Origin: Perkinsus chesapeaki ATCC PRA-425
Taxonomy: Eukaryota > Protista > Perkinsozoa
Length of the DNA stretch: 59,702 nt
Reading direction: 5' to 3'
NCBI GenBank assembly: GCA_013115145.1
Contig: JAAPAO010000160.1
Span: 1 to 59,702 of the forward strand
The notes under the pieces are model-generated. The model was not told the DNA's origin. It saw only the letters and a program-made list of their open reading frames with translations, and made no database searches. This document shows, in pieces, positions 24,201 to 35,593 of this stretch. Positions within the stretch are counted from its first letter, which is position 1. Each line of letters opens with the position of its first letter. Both the position numbers and the translations under genes were made by a program.

Positions 24201-25419
24201 GTTGTTCGCAATTTCGTGAAGTTAGGATGCACTAACAGTTGCAGTAGCCCAGGATCGAACCCGGGTCATTTGACGGGCTTACTCGTCTTCTACCGCGCGA
24301 CTAACTAAGCTATCTTTCAGGGCGATATACTCACGCCTTTGATGAGCTTCTTGCCCGTGAGCTGCCAGATTTGCGAGACCACTTCATGGATGAGGGCGTC
24401 CAACCAACCCTTTACATCCACCAATGGTAGATGCCATACCGTCCCTTCGCGGACTCGTCCCCCTACTCAGGTACCTTTCAATCTTCATAAACTGTCTTCC
24501 GCTGCATACAGTAATATGATCCTCGTCCTCCTCGGCTACCGCCGTCTCATTCATTTCCTCAGGTGCTGGTGCTATGGGATGTCATTGTTAGTGACGGTCT
24601 GCCGGTGATACTGAGCATCTCTATTGCTCTGCTGAAGGTATAACCAAAACCGCCCAGGGGTTCATGAACTATCTCGCTGGGGACATTTATACCGCCTCAC
24701 ATAGTTCGCTGGGCGGGAAGCTTCTTCGGGAAAGCTAAGAACAACGGCTCTATCCTGGAGCTGATTACAGTCAAACTGGCTTCCGAGATCTAATAGTCTG
24801 TTCTCCGAGTGAACTGCAAGTGCGCGGAACGGAGCGTCACTAATCGGATCTCTTCGGGTTTCGAGGGGCCGATCAGAAGCATCTCGTATGGATTGAACTC
24901 GACTTGGCTTGGAAAATGGCTCACTTTATTAATTGGATCCTGATCATTGTTGTTGTTAGTTGGCTGGTTGTCAGGTATTGAGGCCGGCTCTCATGCAAAT
25001 GGAGTTTGAGGACATTGTGCGATTTTTCAAAACGATGAAAACCGGTAGTGCCGTCCTTTCCTGCTACCCTTGCGAGTGACGTCTCAGGTGACGAGAAATG
25101 TGACGCTACGGTGATTGGGCAACTTCTAGTGCGACTCTCCGGAAAGGTTGATATCCCAGACTCCATCCTAGAGTCTCTTCATCTACCCTATGATTGTCAA
25201 GACCCTCGCAACACCGAGCCGCCTAGCATAATGCCCGGGCCCGGCGATCTAGATCGGACTTCGCCAGCTCCCAACGACGACAAACCGGTGGCCGGTGTGG
25301 CGCAGTGGTTGAAGCGAGTATCCGCACAGATCGATGCGAGTTGGAGCGAACTGAAGGGCGGCTTGGGCGGCGGAGCATCTTCTAGCAGCGATCGATTGTC
25401 ATCCGATGAGACTGCATGA
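21280..25419 (+). CDS. TBC-domain Rab GTPase-activating protein, multi-exon
   Basis: RRGIPAEYRWTVWK, IKID|VPRTFP, YRILVAYANLNPDVGYCQGMNFVAGLLL, EEVFWVFVCLM, LYIHQW. Confidence 0.88.
22838..23785. mobile_element. 948-bp non-autonomous hAT-like DNA transposon in a TBC intron
   Basis: 8-bp TSD ACTCGGTA (22830-22837, 23786-23793), TIR CAGGGTTGT...ACAACCCTG, subterminal GAAATTTC repeats, no transposase ORF. Confidence 0.88.
24240..24312 (-). pseudogene. Near full-length degenerate tRNA relic, antisense in TBC intron 24149-24320
   Basis: Reverse complement: TAGCTTAGTTAGTCGCGCGGTAGAAGACG...GACCCGGGTTCGATCCTGGGCTACTGCA. Confidence 0.55.
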
Positions 25420-25613
25420 TGATTTCACTGTTTGTTCTGGTATTATTTACGTATATGGCGGGAGCGGGGATCGAACCTGCGCAATCCGCTCACATCACGA
25501 TATCAGTGTTAACATTATTAGTATTACTATTTTGGCAAGTCGTACAGTATAGAGGTGTTGAGTCTGTAGTAGAAAACACTCGGACCGACGCGAGCGAACA
25601 TTTCCGAACCAAA

Positions 25614-26385
25614 ATGGATGATGCTCTGCGAGAAGTCGAGATTCAAGGGGAAGAGTTCAAGTTCAGCTGCGGACATTTTGTGGCGTAAGCAACTCCTCGA
25701 ACGACCAACTTAATTTGGTCGATGGTCGCCACTCTAAGAGGCTCAGCGTCCGCCCTTAGGCACCGTGGATTCCGTGAGCGTCTTCACGGTCATAACTATA
25801 CAGTGAAGTTGAGTATATCATGCAAGCGGTGGCCAGCGGGCGATGACGGATATGTTATCGATTTTGGTATCTTGAAGGTAGAAGCGCGGTTTTGGGAACC
25901 GATATGATACTATCTTAGAAATTGTTGCGTGTCATCTGTAAAGGGTTGAATGAGCATATGATTATACCAGACAAGAGTAGAGTTCTCGACATTGACACCA
26001 ACCATGTCCACATCACATCAATTGGTGAAGAACAAAGCAGCGTTCGAGTGTCCACGGCTGACGGGGATGAATTCATCTTTCCCAAGTGAGCCAACATCTG
26101 TAGTGTGAAATTATGAAGGTCCATCAGGTCCGACTGTATCATCCTACCTATCGAATTCGCTACGGCAGAGGAAATAGCGGGGTACGTTTTCGGGCAGATT
26201 GTTGATGGCCTTGGACAACTTCCGGCCGAACGAGGCTTGGCTCGACTAACAGTTTCTGTAAGTACCGCATATCCGACCTTCCTTGGTAAGGTAAATTTCT
26301 ACTTTGGAGTTTTTAGGTATACGAACGTCCCACACAGTGTGCCAAATACACTGCTGATTTAATAGCATCGTCTCGGTCTCACTGA
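25614..26385 (+). CDS. 6-pyruvoyl-tetrahydropterin synthase family, PTPS-III type (E-x2-HGH), multi-exon
   Basis: FKFSCGHFVA|HRGFRERLHGHNYTV...GYVIDFGILK...TAEEIA...VYERPTQCAKY. Confidence 0.88.
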
Positions 26386-27566
26386 ATTGAGCGTTAAACG
26401 AGTTTCTTGATTCTTGTTTTTAACGAGTTGGCAAGTTCGCGTCAAGTGCGGTAGGCTTTTGAGCTGAGTTGTACATGTCCAGTTTGAGACGAGTACAATG
26501 AATCAAAGGACTGCCATACACTTCCCCACACTCCATGAAAGTCGGGAAGACTACATTTTACCATACTCGCCTCGAGGGGTAGAGGACCACCTTCGCTTGT
26601 ATATCGGCACATTAACCTATAAGAAGCTATCATTATCGATGCTATCAATGATGTACTATCTGTACTATGATTGTCAGCTTGTTAGTGAGCAGCTGATTCG
26701 GTGAGTAGATAGTTTGGTCAATATTGCAGTGCTTGCGGGGAAATAGGTTAATCAACCCTATCTTCTCTCAAGGACTATAAGTAGCTAGTAACACATAATA
26801 TGGCACAACAATACTCCCTACTTGCTGCCAATGGCGGCTTGATAGCTGAGCGTTGCAATACTTCATCGTTGGCTCAAGATGTAGCGAGGCCGAAGTACTT
26901 TCACCGTGAAAGTTTCACGTACACATTATTCTGTTGTATGCGTGGCCTAATATCTTGCTGACTGCCTGAATATGTAGTGTTATAGAGTACATGTAGGCTG
27001 GGATGAGCTGATACAAGGCCATTGCGATTCAATGTCCATGGCGGCATACTGTGGTTATGAGGATGATAGTCCTTTGTGAGGGCGATTCATCGGCATCTCG
27101 TGTCACACGATCCACAGTGGATAATCGGTTCCTGAGACTAACTTTCCTGCTTTGTTAGTGTATTGGATTCCACACAAGACGGACAATTCAACAGATCAAC
27201 AGTAACTGATCCCTTCAGTGTTGGTAGGCAAGGTGGATCGGTAAACAAGGAGCAAGCAATACTTTCATGGCAGTTCGAACATCACCGCTGGGTCGCAGAG
27301 CTCGACGTATCCGTTCCCGAAATCTCAGGGGCCCTAAACCCGGCTCAGGAAGCCCTCAAAGTCTACTGAACCCATACTTCACAGACACGCAGGCTGTGTT
27401 GCGTGGCTGAGTGGAATCCGACTCTCTACTCTATTCTAACTCTAACGCAATCAGCTCCCCGCTACTAAAGAGATAATTTGGTTACTGGGATAGCTTGTGG
27501 ATTCATCTGAGTGGTTGGCAATTACACTGATTGAGACTGACTATGAAAATGATTGAATGAAACAGA

Positions 27567-29219
27567 CTACGAAGTGGAGCTGCAACGAATAGTGAAGTTG
27601 CTGATGCGGGAAAAGTCGAACATATCGATAGCATTATACTTGCACTTCACGTCCTGCAACCTCTTATATGTTCCAACGTGAGGGAAATAACGAGGAATCC
27701 ATTCCTCTCTGGTCATGGTATCTTCAAGATAGTTCTGATACTTCGTATTTGTAGTGTATGGTTCGATAGCTGAAGAGAATTCACCGAGCCATGGCCTAGC
27801 AGTCTTTGAAGGATCTTCACCAGTTTGGAGTTGGATGCCATGTTCAATGGAGAAGCCTTGTTGGCGATGATCGAAAGCAGTGCATTTTTCGGTGGGACTG
27901 CAATCACTTGGTTCCTTCAGCATCTCCCGTCTATAAGGTAGCACGTATATGAAACAACCAGAGCTCGCACAGCTAGGCGTGAAGATAGGGTCTACGATCT
28001 TTGTCATAGCTTGCGTTCCAAGCACAGCGGGATAGTAATAATGCGCTGCCATCCACCGGGTCCCATGAGCTTCAATAGCCCGACACGCAGCCGCGGCCTT
28101 CTCCGTATCTTCCGGAGGAGTAGCAGGTATTCCAGCCGGGGGGAAAGTACTGGCGCAACCCCATATGTCGCTCCATTGGGCTTCCACTAAACTCATCTCC
28201 TTCATATCAGGGAATACTCCAGTGGAGTTGATGATACCCGTCCTTCGTCTAAACTTTTCGGTAATGTTTCTGCAACGACTACAATCGCCACTCGTATCAT
28301 CACAGAAGCATAAAGAAGTGTAAACGTGCACACATTCGGGTGGAGACTGTGCCCAGTATCCAAGTATAAGCCTCGCGCTGAACTCTGACGGTGTCGTGCC
28401 GGACTGCATAAAATCCGCAAAGGCTTTCGCATGTCTAACATATTCGGACAGAACACAGTGGTCGAGACTGCCAGAGGAGTATAGCACTTTATTTGCTATA
28501 AAGGCCTTATAGTAGAAGTTGGTGACAACACCGTAGTTACCACCCATCCCACCACGAATAGCAAACATAAGATCTGCATACTCATTAGTTGTTGTAGCAT
28601 GAACAACTTTGAATGCCTCGATTGAGTTATCAAAGATAACGACATCTGCAGCGATAGTACGATCAACAGCTATACCATATTTGGAGCTCATCGTACCATG
28701 ACCACCACCGGAGATGAAACCACCGATACCAGTGGACGGGGAGAAACCACCAGCGAAGCCGAGAGGTGGATCGTGATAAGCCATGAAAGTGTAAACTTCA
28801 AGCAAGTCGAGGCCTCCACCTAATTTGGCAATATATTCATTATCCACCAAATCCACTTTAAAATCCTTCAAGAGCTGCAGGCTGAGAACGATACTGTTAT
28901 TGATGGTGCTCTGGCCGATATAGGAGTGCCCAGCACCGCTACGCACGGCAACGGGCACATTGTACTTATGGCAAATGGTGAGGGCCGACACCACCTGAGT
29001 AGCATTCTCGGGGATAACCATCGCTGCGGGGGTGATGTTGTAGCTTGAACCAAATATGTTGAAGAATGGGTCTGGAATCCCCTTTGTAATAGTGGCGTTC
29101 TCAGGGAGCTCCTTTTGTAGTTCAGCGATAGCCTCAGCCAGAGGATCTCGGCCATAGGCTAGACATCCATAAGCGAGGTAACGGGTCGCGAATAGAAATA
29201 TAGAGTAATTGAGAATCAT
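27567..29219 (-). CDS. Secreted FAD-linked oxidoreductase, berberine-bridge-enzyme-like, copy 1 (intronless)
   Basis: Signal peptide, RSGAGHSYIG flavinylation motif, GIGGFISGGGHG, AIRGGMGGNYGVVT, YQNY...YF...LQDVKCKYNAIDMF BBE tail. Confidence 0.88.
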   Translation of the reverse strand: MILNYSIFLFATRYLAYGCLAYGRDPLAEAIAELQKELPENATITKGIPDPFFNIFGSSYNITPAAMVIPENATQVVSALTICHKYNVPVAVRSGAGHSYIGQSTINNSIVLSLQLLKDFKVDLVDNEYIAKLGGGLDLLEVYTFMAYHDPPLGFAGGFSPSTGIGGFISGGGHGTMSSKYGIAVDRTIAADVVIFDNSIEAFKVVHATTTNEYADLMFAIRGGMGGNYGVVTNFYYKAFIANKVLYSSGSLDHCVLSEYVRHAKAFADFMQSGTTPSEFSARLILGYWAQSPPECVHVYTSLCFCDDTSGDCSRCRNITEKFRRRTGIINSTGVFPDMKEMSLVEAQWSDIWGCASTFPPAGIPATPPEDTEKAAAACRAIEAHGTRWMAAHYYYPAVLGTQAMTKIVDPIFTPSCASSGCFIYVLPYRREMLKEPSDCSPTEKCTAFDHRQQGFSIEHGIQLQTGEDPSKTARPWLGEFSSAIEPYTTNTKYQNYLEDTMTREEWIPRYFPHVGTYKRLQDVKCKYNAIDMFDFSRISNFTIRCSSTS

Positions 29220-30325
29220 CACTGCAAGACGGAAAAGCTTTCTATGGAAATGCGCCCAAGCTCGCTGCTGCATTGTGACGCGCAAACTCAGTGGCACGCG
29301 TACAGCTCTAGTTCTCTTCGCTCTCACTCAAGTCCAGAGTAGAAGCCTTTTGTTGATCTCTCATGCCTCCTGCGTGTTACTAAGAAGCCGCTAATACCTC
29401 ACTTGGTTAAGGATCTGGTGAACATGGTCATGGTGACCGCTAACTAGCGTTATACTACAGCTCGGTGTAGTTGTATACAATAACGTACAGTGTTTACGGC
29501 CGTAAGAAGTTCTCGTTAAGAGCTATAGCTCTACTGAGAATTTATTTGGGTCATGGGGTATGTGACACTCATTATACGACCGATGACTCATCGACGTATA
29601 TCAATTCAATATTTGACTATCCACAATTGCCTATTGGGTAGCCTATGAGTAGGCACACACCAAAGGGTGGAACTTATCATGAAGTGCTGATATTGTTATG
29701 GCCGGAAGAGATCTAGGTATCCCGATCGGTGGAGGGATGGCGTTATGCCATGGCAAGATATGGCTCTCTAAGAGTATCGAGAGGCCTCTTGCGAACACGT
29801 CGCTCAAAAAATCGAAGGTTCTTCCCCTACCGATTCCCACTTCGCTTCGCTGATATAGGGAGAGCAGGGTAAGCCACGGGCTATTGGAAAGGCCAGAATA
29901 TTGCGATGCATTTTGACGACAGCCTAGGCCATGACCATTTGATATCGATCCTACTTTGTTCGACAAACTTTCGACTACTTTGTTACTTATTGTCATTCTT
30001 GGTTAAGATGATGTCAAACTTCGACCCGATCTTTTCTACTTGTGTCAAACATCGATACTTATTGTCATTTTTGGGGGAGACATTGACACTGTCAATGCCT
30101 GAGCATTTGTCAAACTTGCACGGGAAAAGGTGTAGAAAGACGACTACAGTGCATAAGTACATGCTTGTACCAAATACAACATACGTAGGTCATATGAAGC
30201 TGAATGATAGGATGCATGCATAACTATATGGCAGTTCTAGGCTCCAACTGAGAGCACTTATCAAGGAATTGACTTTCTCTTCAGGTCGAAATTGGGGTAG
30301 TCTCCTGAATAGAGAATAAAACATT

Positions 30326-30407
30326 GACAGTGTGTCCGAGTGGTTAAGGAGGTGGACTCGAAATCCACTAGGCTCAGCCTGCGCAGGTTCGAATCCTGCC
30401 GCTGTCG
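30326..30407 (+). tRNA. tRNA-Ser(CGA)
   Basis: GACAGTG/CGCTGTC acceptor, GTGGA-CTCGAAA-TCCAC anticodon arm, long variable arm, GCAGG-TTCGAAT-CCTGC T arm. Confidence 0.95.
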
Positions 30408-30415
30408 TTTGAGGA

Positions 30416-33176
30416 TCAAGTACCGGAATTTGAATCTAATTCACAGCTTACATCGTCTGCTGCGAGCTCTGTCTCTGTAGTTTCCGTACCCGTATCATTG
30501 GGTTCTGTTGTGGTTAGTCCTGACTTTTCTGTCGTAGGCATCCCACTGGCCAGACCTAAGCGCAATCTATATGCAACAAGAGAACCAAACGGTCTCCGAA
30601 CTCGTGCCACTGCCGTGCTACAGGACCGTAATCACAACAGCAATCGATCAGAAGAGACTAGGCAGTGTAATGAATGATCACTGTCGTAGAGACACTCGCT
30701 ATAGTGCCGTAAAGATCACCTACACGGATCAACTTACCGAGTTGATTTGGACGGGTAGCAGTCGGGTTATGTATGACAGTTGGAGTCGGCGAAGGTGCAG
30801 CAGACTAGAAACAACCAAGCAACACTCAGCTCATTCGAAGCTCACTTGTATGGACGATGTAGGGCTCGGTAGAGGTGGAGAGGCGTTGAAAAATGTTGGG
30901 CTCGGGGACGACCCTCGAATGGGTTCGAGCACTAACGGCTGGAAGTCGTCCGGTCTGATGTACGCTGCGTGTCCACGATTATCGTTCATACTCACCGTCG
31001 AGCCATCGGTTGGAACAAAACCGGAGGCGCCTCATTTCCATTTTCCCCTCCGTGATTGAGCCGGTAGTTGCCCGCCGCCAGGTTACCGTTGGATAGAGCC
31101 ATCGAGTTGCCAGTCATCGCTGAAGCATTCGAGTAGATGCTGGGCGTCTTCATGGAGCCAGTTGAGTGTCCACCAGGCCCGGCTGGATTCGCATCGGGTG
31201 ACTGCAATTGATGACGACCGCCTCCACTGAGAAAAGAGATGGGACTCGGAACATGTGTGTCAGAGCCAGGCATTCTCAGACTGAGAATCTCAGTCGATGA
31301 GTAACAAATGAATCAACACAGAGGTCGGTACAGGATGCCACCCCGGAGGAACGTAGACGACAGTGGCGACTAACATTGCTGATGACTGAGCGAAACAGAC
31401 TTGTGCACAAAGCACTTGGAAGCTGCGGTTCCTGCGGACCCCCTCGAAGTTGGTAGTGCAATAGACATCCAATCAGATATTCATCTACTTACTTTGTTCC
31501 TTCAGTGGAACCTTGAGCAGGTGGGCTTGCCGCCATGGACATGATGGCTTGTTGAAGGTTCAGTGCAGGTGGGGGCGAGTAAGGGGCATGTGGTGGTGGA
31601 CTGTAGCAATGAGGGTAGTAATACCCTGAAACGAACTTCACATATCAAATATAATTCCCGGATACCTCCGCCATAATGTTGATGAGCCTGCCCATTTTGT
31701 AATGGTGGGCTGCCTCGGCTTGGCATTGGCGGTGGATAGGGAGCGAACCCATATGGATGAGGATGATGAGGAGGTACGCCAGGCTGGTTGCCAGGATATG
31801 GTGGTGGAGGGTACGCTCCGTACGGGCCATAATACTGACATCAACGATGCTTTATTCAAGAGCCTCCATTATAGAGGATTCACTAGCTTACCCCTCCATA
31901 GGGCGACTCTTGCAAGTTGGGCGACGCTATAGTTGAGGTGTCCCCGGGACTGATGCTGCTGCTGTTGTTGTCACCTCCCTTCTTGGAGCATGTTACAGCG
32001 CCGGCAAGAGGGGATGACTGGAACTCAATCCAAAGCTGTAGCATGCGCAGCTGCTCCTAAAAGGCAAGGTATTATGCGATCGGGGGAATGCAGGATCAAG
32101 ATACATCAAGATTCTTCCCAGCCGACACAAAGGTGTACATCCTGTCTGTAACTGCTGTGTCATCACCTGAGTGAAATGACGACGGCGCACATTACCAAAT
32201 CCCGCCGTCGCTGTTTACCTAGGACACCACTCATCGCTACCATCGCTTCTCGAGCAGGAAGCCGCTCCGTCTGCACTGCCTCATTGATAACAGCGCACAG
32301 GAAAACTGATGATAATGAAGGCTTATCGATGGGGCGGAGCCAGCCCACTTCTAGCTTGAGGAGTCGTCACTTCCAGTGATGTCGAAGGCTTGGGTGGAGT
32401 GGCCGACCGAGGGAACTGTAAAAGGGTCTGGTGGAAGTGACGATGTGAACTGGTCTGCATGTCAGCCAATGTCGCAGCCGACACAACTACACAAGAAAAG
32501 AATCCAACTTATGACGGCTGCTTTGAATTAAGGTTAGCTCACGACTGTGAGAGATACTGCTTGCTGGACTCGTACTAGGAGACGGGTACTCAGAAACGCT
32601 TGTATCAAGGACGGCAGAGAAGCGCCTAGAAGGATGTTACCCGTCACAGCAGCTGATAGCAGCAGCATCCTACGTTTGTTGTGCAGCCCTCTGACCTGAG
32701 GAGGTGTGTACACTTCCCATGGTATCGATGTCCACCTAATGCCAAATATATCCAAGGCAGTGTTGCTGGACAGCCCCACCAGTTGCTCATCCTCGGGTAT
32801 CGGTGGTGTTCCCATTGCTCCTCTCAACATGGATATGGTACCAGATGTTCCAGTGGGCATGCAATTTGAGTGTCCTAATTGGAGTGGGAGAGTTCCCACT
32901 GAGCTAGGAGGCCGTGAAATACCTTTGCAGTTCCTATCGTGCAGTGGAGCGTGAACAGCGTCGGCTCGTTGCATCAAACAAGGAATTTGAGGACTTTAGG
33001 AATAGGCCCAGAGAAGCTCCCAGAAATTGGCAATTCAAGAAACCGAGAACATTCGGGTTGCAAAGTATCCAGATGGCTATGCCGGGAAGAACAATATTAT
33101 TGGCTGTATGGTTTTTGACTCTAGAACAGAACAGAACGCACTTACACCATCTCATGCGGAAGAACTGCGAAAACAT
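30416..33176 (-). CDS. Hypothetical multi-exon gene (structure not resolved)
   Basis: Chain of minus-strand ORF fragments with GT-AG introns ending at ...CELDSNSGT*; no family recognised. Confidence 0.3.
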
Positions 33177-33943
33177 CTGAGCAGCAGTCCCCTACAGCAA
33201 GGATAGAACTGAACTGCATCTAATGCGATGCAGACCTACCACAACTCGCGCGAACTTCTACTTATCGGTCGAACGGAGCGTTGAGATCGAGCTCACGGCG
33301 AAGTTTAGCAGTTCGGTAATCAATAAGTTGAGTTCATCACAATCCCAAGCAGTTAGCTTACAGTACGGGTAAGGAAACCTCAGTATGGTGACTATATTTT
33401 AGTTCCACTCGACGTCGACGTAGAGGAGCGTCACGAGGGGACCGATGACCGTCGGACCTCGGCACCCACGCTCTAACTATCGGCTGCATTTGTGACACCC
33501 TTCACAGAAATATCTACCAGTGTTATAAATATAGAGACTCGACAGACCTAGCATTCAACATCAGCGACACTAGATGAAGATAAATGACGTCTTGAAGCTA
33601 TATTTAACAGAAAATAGATCCTGGTTTGAGGAATAGCCTGCATCTCGGAGAAAAGACGGGATAACACGCTTTGGAAATTGAACGGGATGCTCTTATTAAC
33701 TAACGCTGCTCAACGGTGCAACTTGGGATTAGAAAAGGGGAATAACGAAGCTTTATGATTGCTAATGTGAACTGGATCATCGTCCAAAGTAGCAAAAGCC
33801 CTGTAGGACGGGCCACAATATAGTGAGATCGATCTCATAAACGTGCGTCCGGCAAGCGCACCTTATATGTCATAAGCTGGCGAATGTGATATAGTCGTCT
33901 ACTCTGCTGTTAATCGACCATCTTCATTCGACAGTACAGCTAG

Positions 33944-35593
33944 TTATGGCATTCTACAGTCGAGCTCGATAGTGAAGTTGCTGATGCGGGCAAAGTCGAA
34001 CATATCGATAGCATTATACTTGCACTTCACGTCCTGCAACCTCTCATATGTTCCAATATGAGGGAAATAACGAGGAATCCATTCCTCTCTGGTCATGGTA
34101 TCTTCAAGATAGTTCTGATACTTCGTATTTGTAGTGTATGGTTCGATAGCTGAAGAGAATTCACCGAGCCATGGCCTAGCAGTCTTTGAAGGATCTTCGC
34201 CTGGCTTGAGGAAAATACCATGTTCAATGGAGAAACCTCGCTGACGATGATCAAAAGCAGTGCACTTTTCTGTGGTCGTGCAATCTTCCGGTTCCTTCAG
34301 CATGTTATGTGTGTAGGGAAGAATGTATTGGTAACAACCAGACTCACCACAGGTTGGGCTGAACATATGGTCAACCATGATGTCTACTGCTTGTGCGTCA
34401 ACTTCAGATGGATAGTAGTACTGCATTTGGATCCATTGGAATATCACGTGAGTTTCGATCTTGAGACAAGCAGCCATTGCCTTTTCTACATCTTTCAACG
34501 GAGTATCAGGTATACCAGCAGGAGGATAGACACTCCCACACTGCATACTAGTCCATTGAGCTTCAACAAAACTCATTTCTTTCATATCAGGGAAGAGTCC
34601 AGTAGTGTTGGTCAATCCTGTACTGTTCCTGAAGGCTTCAGTGACCCTCTGGCAATGTGTACAATCGCCACCACCCGAGCTGCCGCATTGACAGAGAGAC
34701 ATATAGTAGGCCAGACATCGGGGCGTGGAATACCCAAGTATGAGGGTTGCACTGAACTCAGCCGGCGTTGTTTCCGATTGCACAAAGTCAAGATAAGGTT
34801 CCATGTAACCAGCATACTCCGATTTGTTGCATTCACTGAGACCACCTGAAGAGAATAGCACTTTATCTGCTATAAAGGCCTTATAGTAGAAGTTGGTGAC
34901 AACACCGTAGTTACCACCCATCCCACCACGAATAGCAAACATAAGATCTGCATACTCATTAGTTGTTGTAGCATGGACAACTCTGAATACCTCGATTGAG
35001 TTATCAAAGATAACGACATCTGCAGCGATAGTACGATCAACAGCTATACCATATTTGGAGCTCATCACACCATGACCACCACCGGAGATGAAACCACCGA
35101 TACCAGTGGACGGGGAGAAACCACCAGCGAAGCCGAGAGGTGGATCGTGATAAGCCATGAAGGTGTAAACTTCAAGCAAGTCGAGGCCTCCACCTAATTT
35201 GGCAATATATTCATTATCCACCAAATCCACTTTAAAATCCTTCAAGAGCTGCAGGCTGAGAACGATACTGTTATTGATGGTGCTCTGGCCGATATAGGAG
35301 TGCCCAGCACCGCTACGCACGGCAACGGGCACATTGTACTTATGGCAAATGGTGAGGGCCGACACCACCTGAGTAGTATTCTCGGGGATAACCATCGCTG
35401 CGGGGGTGATGTTGTAGCTTGCACCAAACATTTTGAAGAAAGGGTCTGGAATGCCCTTTGTAATAGTGGCATTCTCAGGGAGCTCCTTTTGTAGTTCAGC
35501 AATGGCCTCAGCCAGAGGATCTCCGCTGCAGGCCACTCGCTCGTAGCACAGGCAAAAGGCTATGAAGAGGCTTGCCAACTCTTGAATGGTCAT
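33944..35593 (-). CDS. Secreted FAD-linked oxidoreductase, BBE-like, copy 2 (intronless)
   Basis: Same motifs as copy 1; near-identical N- and C-terminal blocks. Confidence 0.88.
   Translation of the reverse strand: MTIQELASLFIAFCLCYERVACSGDPLAEAIAELQKELPENATITKGIPDPFFKMFGASYNITPAAMVIPENTTQVVSALTICHKYNVPVAVRSGAGHSYIGQSTINNSIVLSLQLLKDFKVDLVDNEYIAKLGGGLDLLEVYTFMAYHDPPLGFAGGFSPSTGIGGFISGGGHGVMSSKYGIAVDRTIAADVVIFDNSIEVFRVVHATTTNEYADLMFAIRGGMGGNYGVVTNFYYKAFIADKVLFSSGGLSECNKSEYAGYMEPYLDFVQSETTPAEFSATLILGYSTPRCLAYYMSLCQCGSSGGGDCTHCQRVTEAFRNSTGLTNTTGLFPDMKEMSFVEAQWTSMQCGSVYPPAGIPDTPLKDVEKAMAACLKIETHVIFQWIQMQYYYPSEVDAQAVDIMVDHMFSPTCGESGCYQYILPYTHNMLKEPEDCTTTEKCTAFDHRQRGFSIEHGIFLKPGEDPSKTARPWLGEFSSAIEPYTTNTKYQNYLEDTMTREEWIPRYFPHIGTYERLQDVKCKYNAIDMFDFARISNFTIELDCRMP

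Noticed and set aside
25290-25320. GCCGGTGTGGCGCAGTGGTTGAAGCG looks like a tRNA 5' half
   Set aside because: It lies in an open, protein-like last exon of the TBC gene (VAGVAQWLKR) with no T arm nearby.
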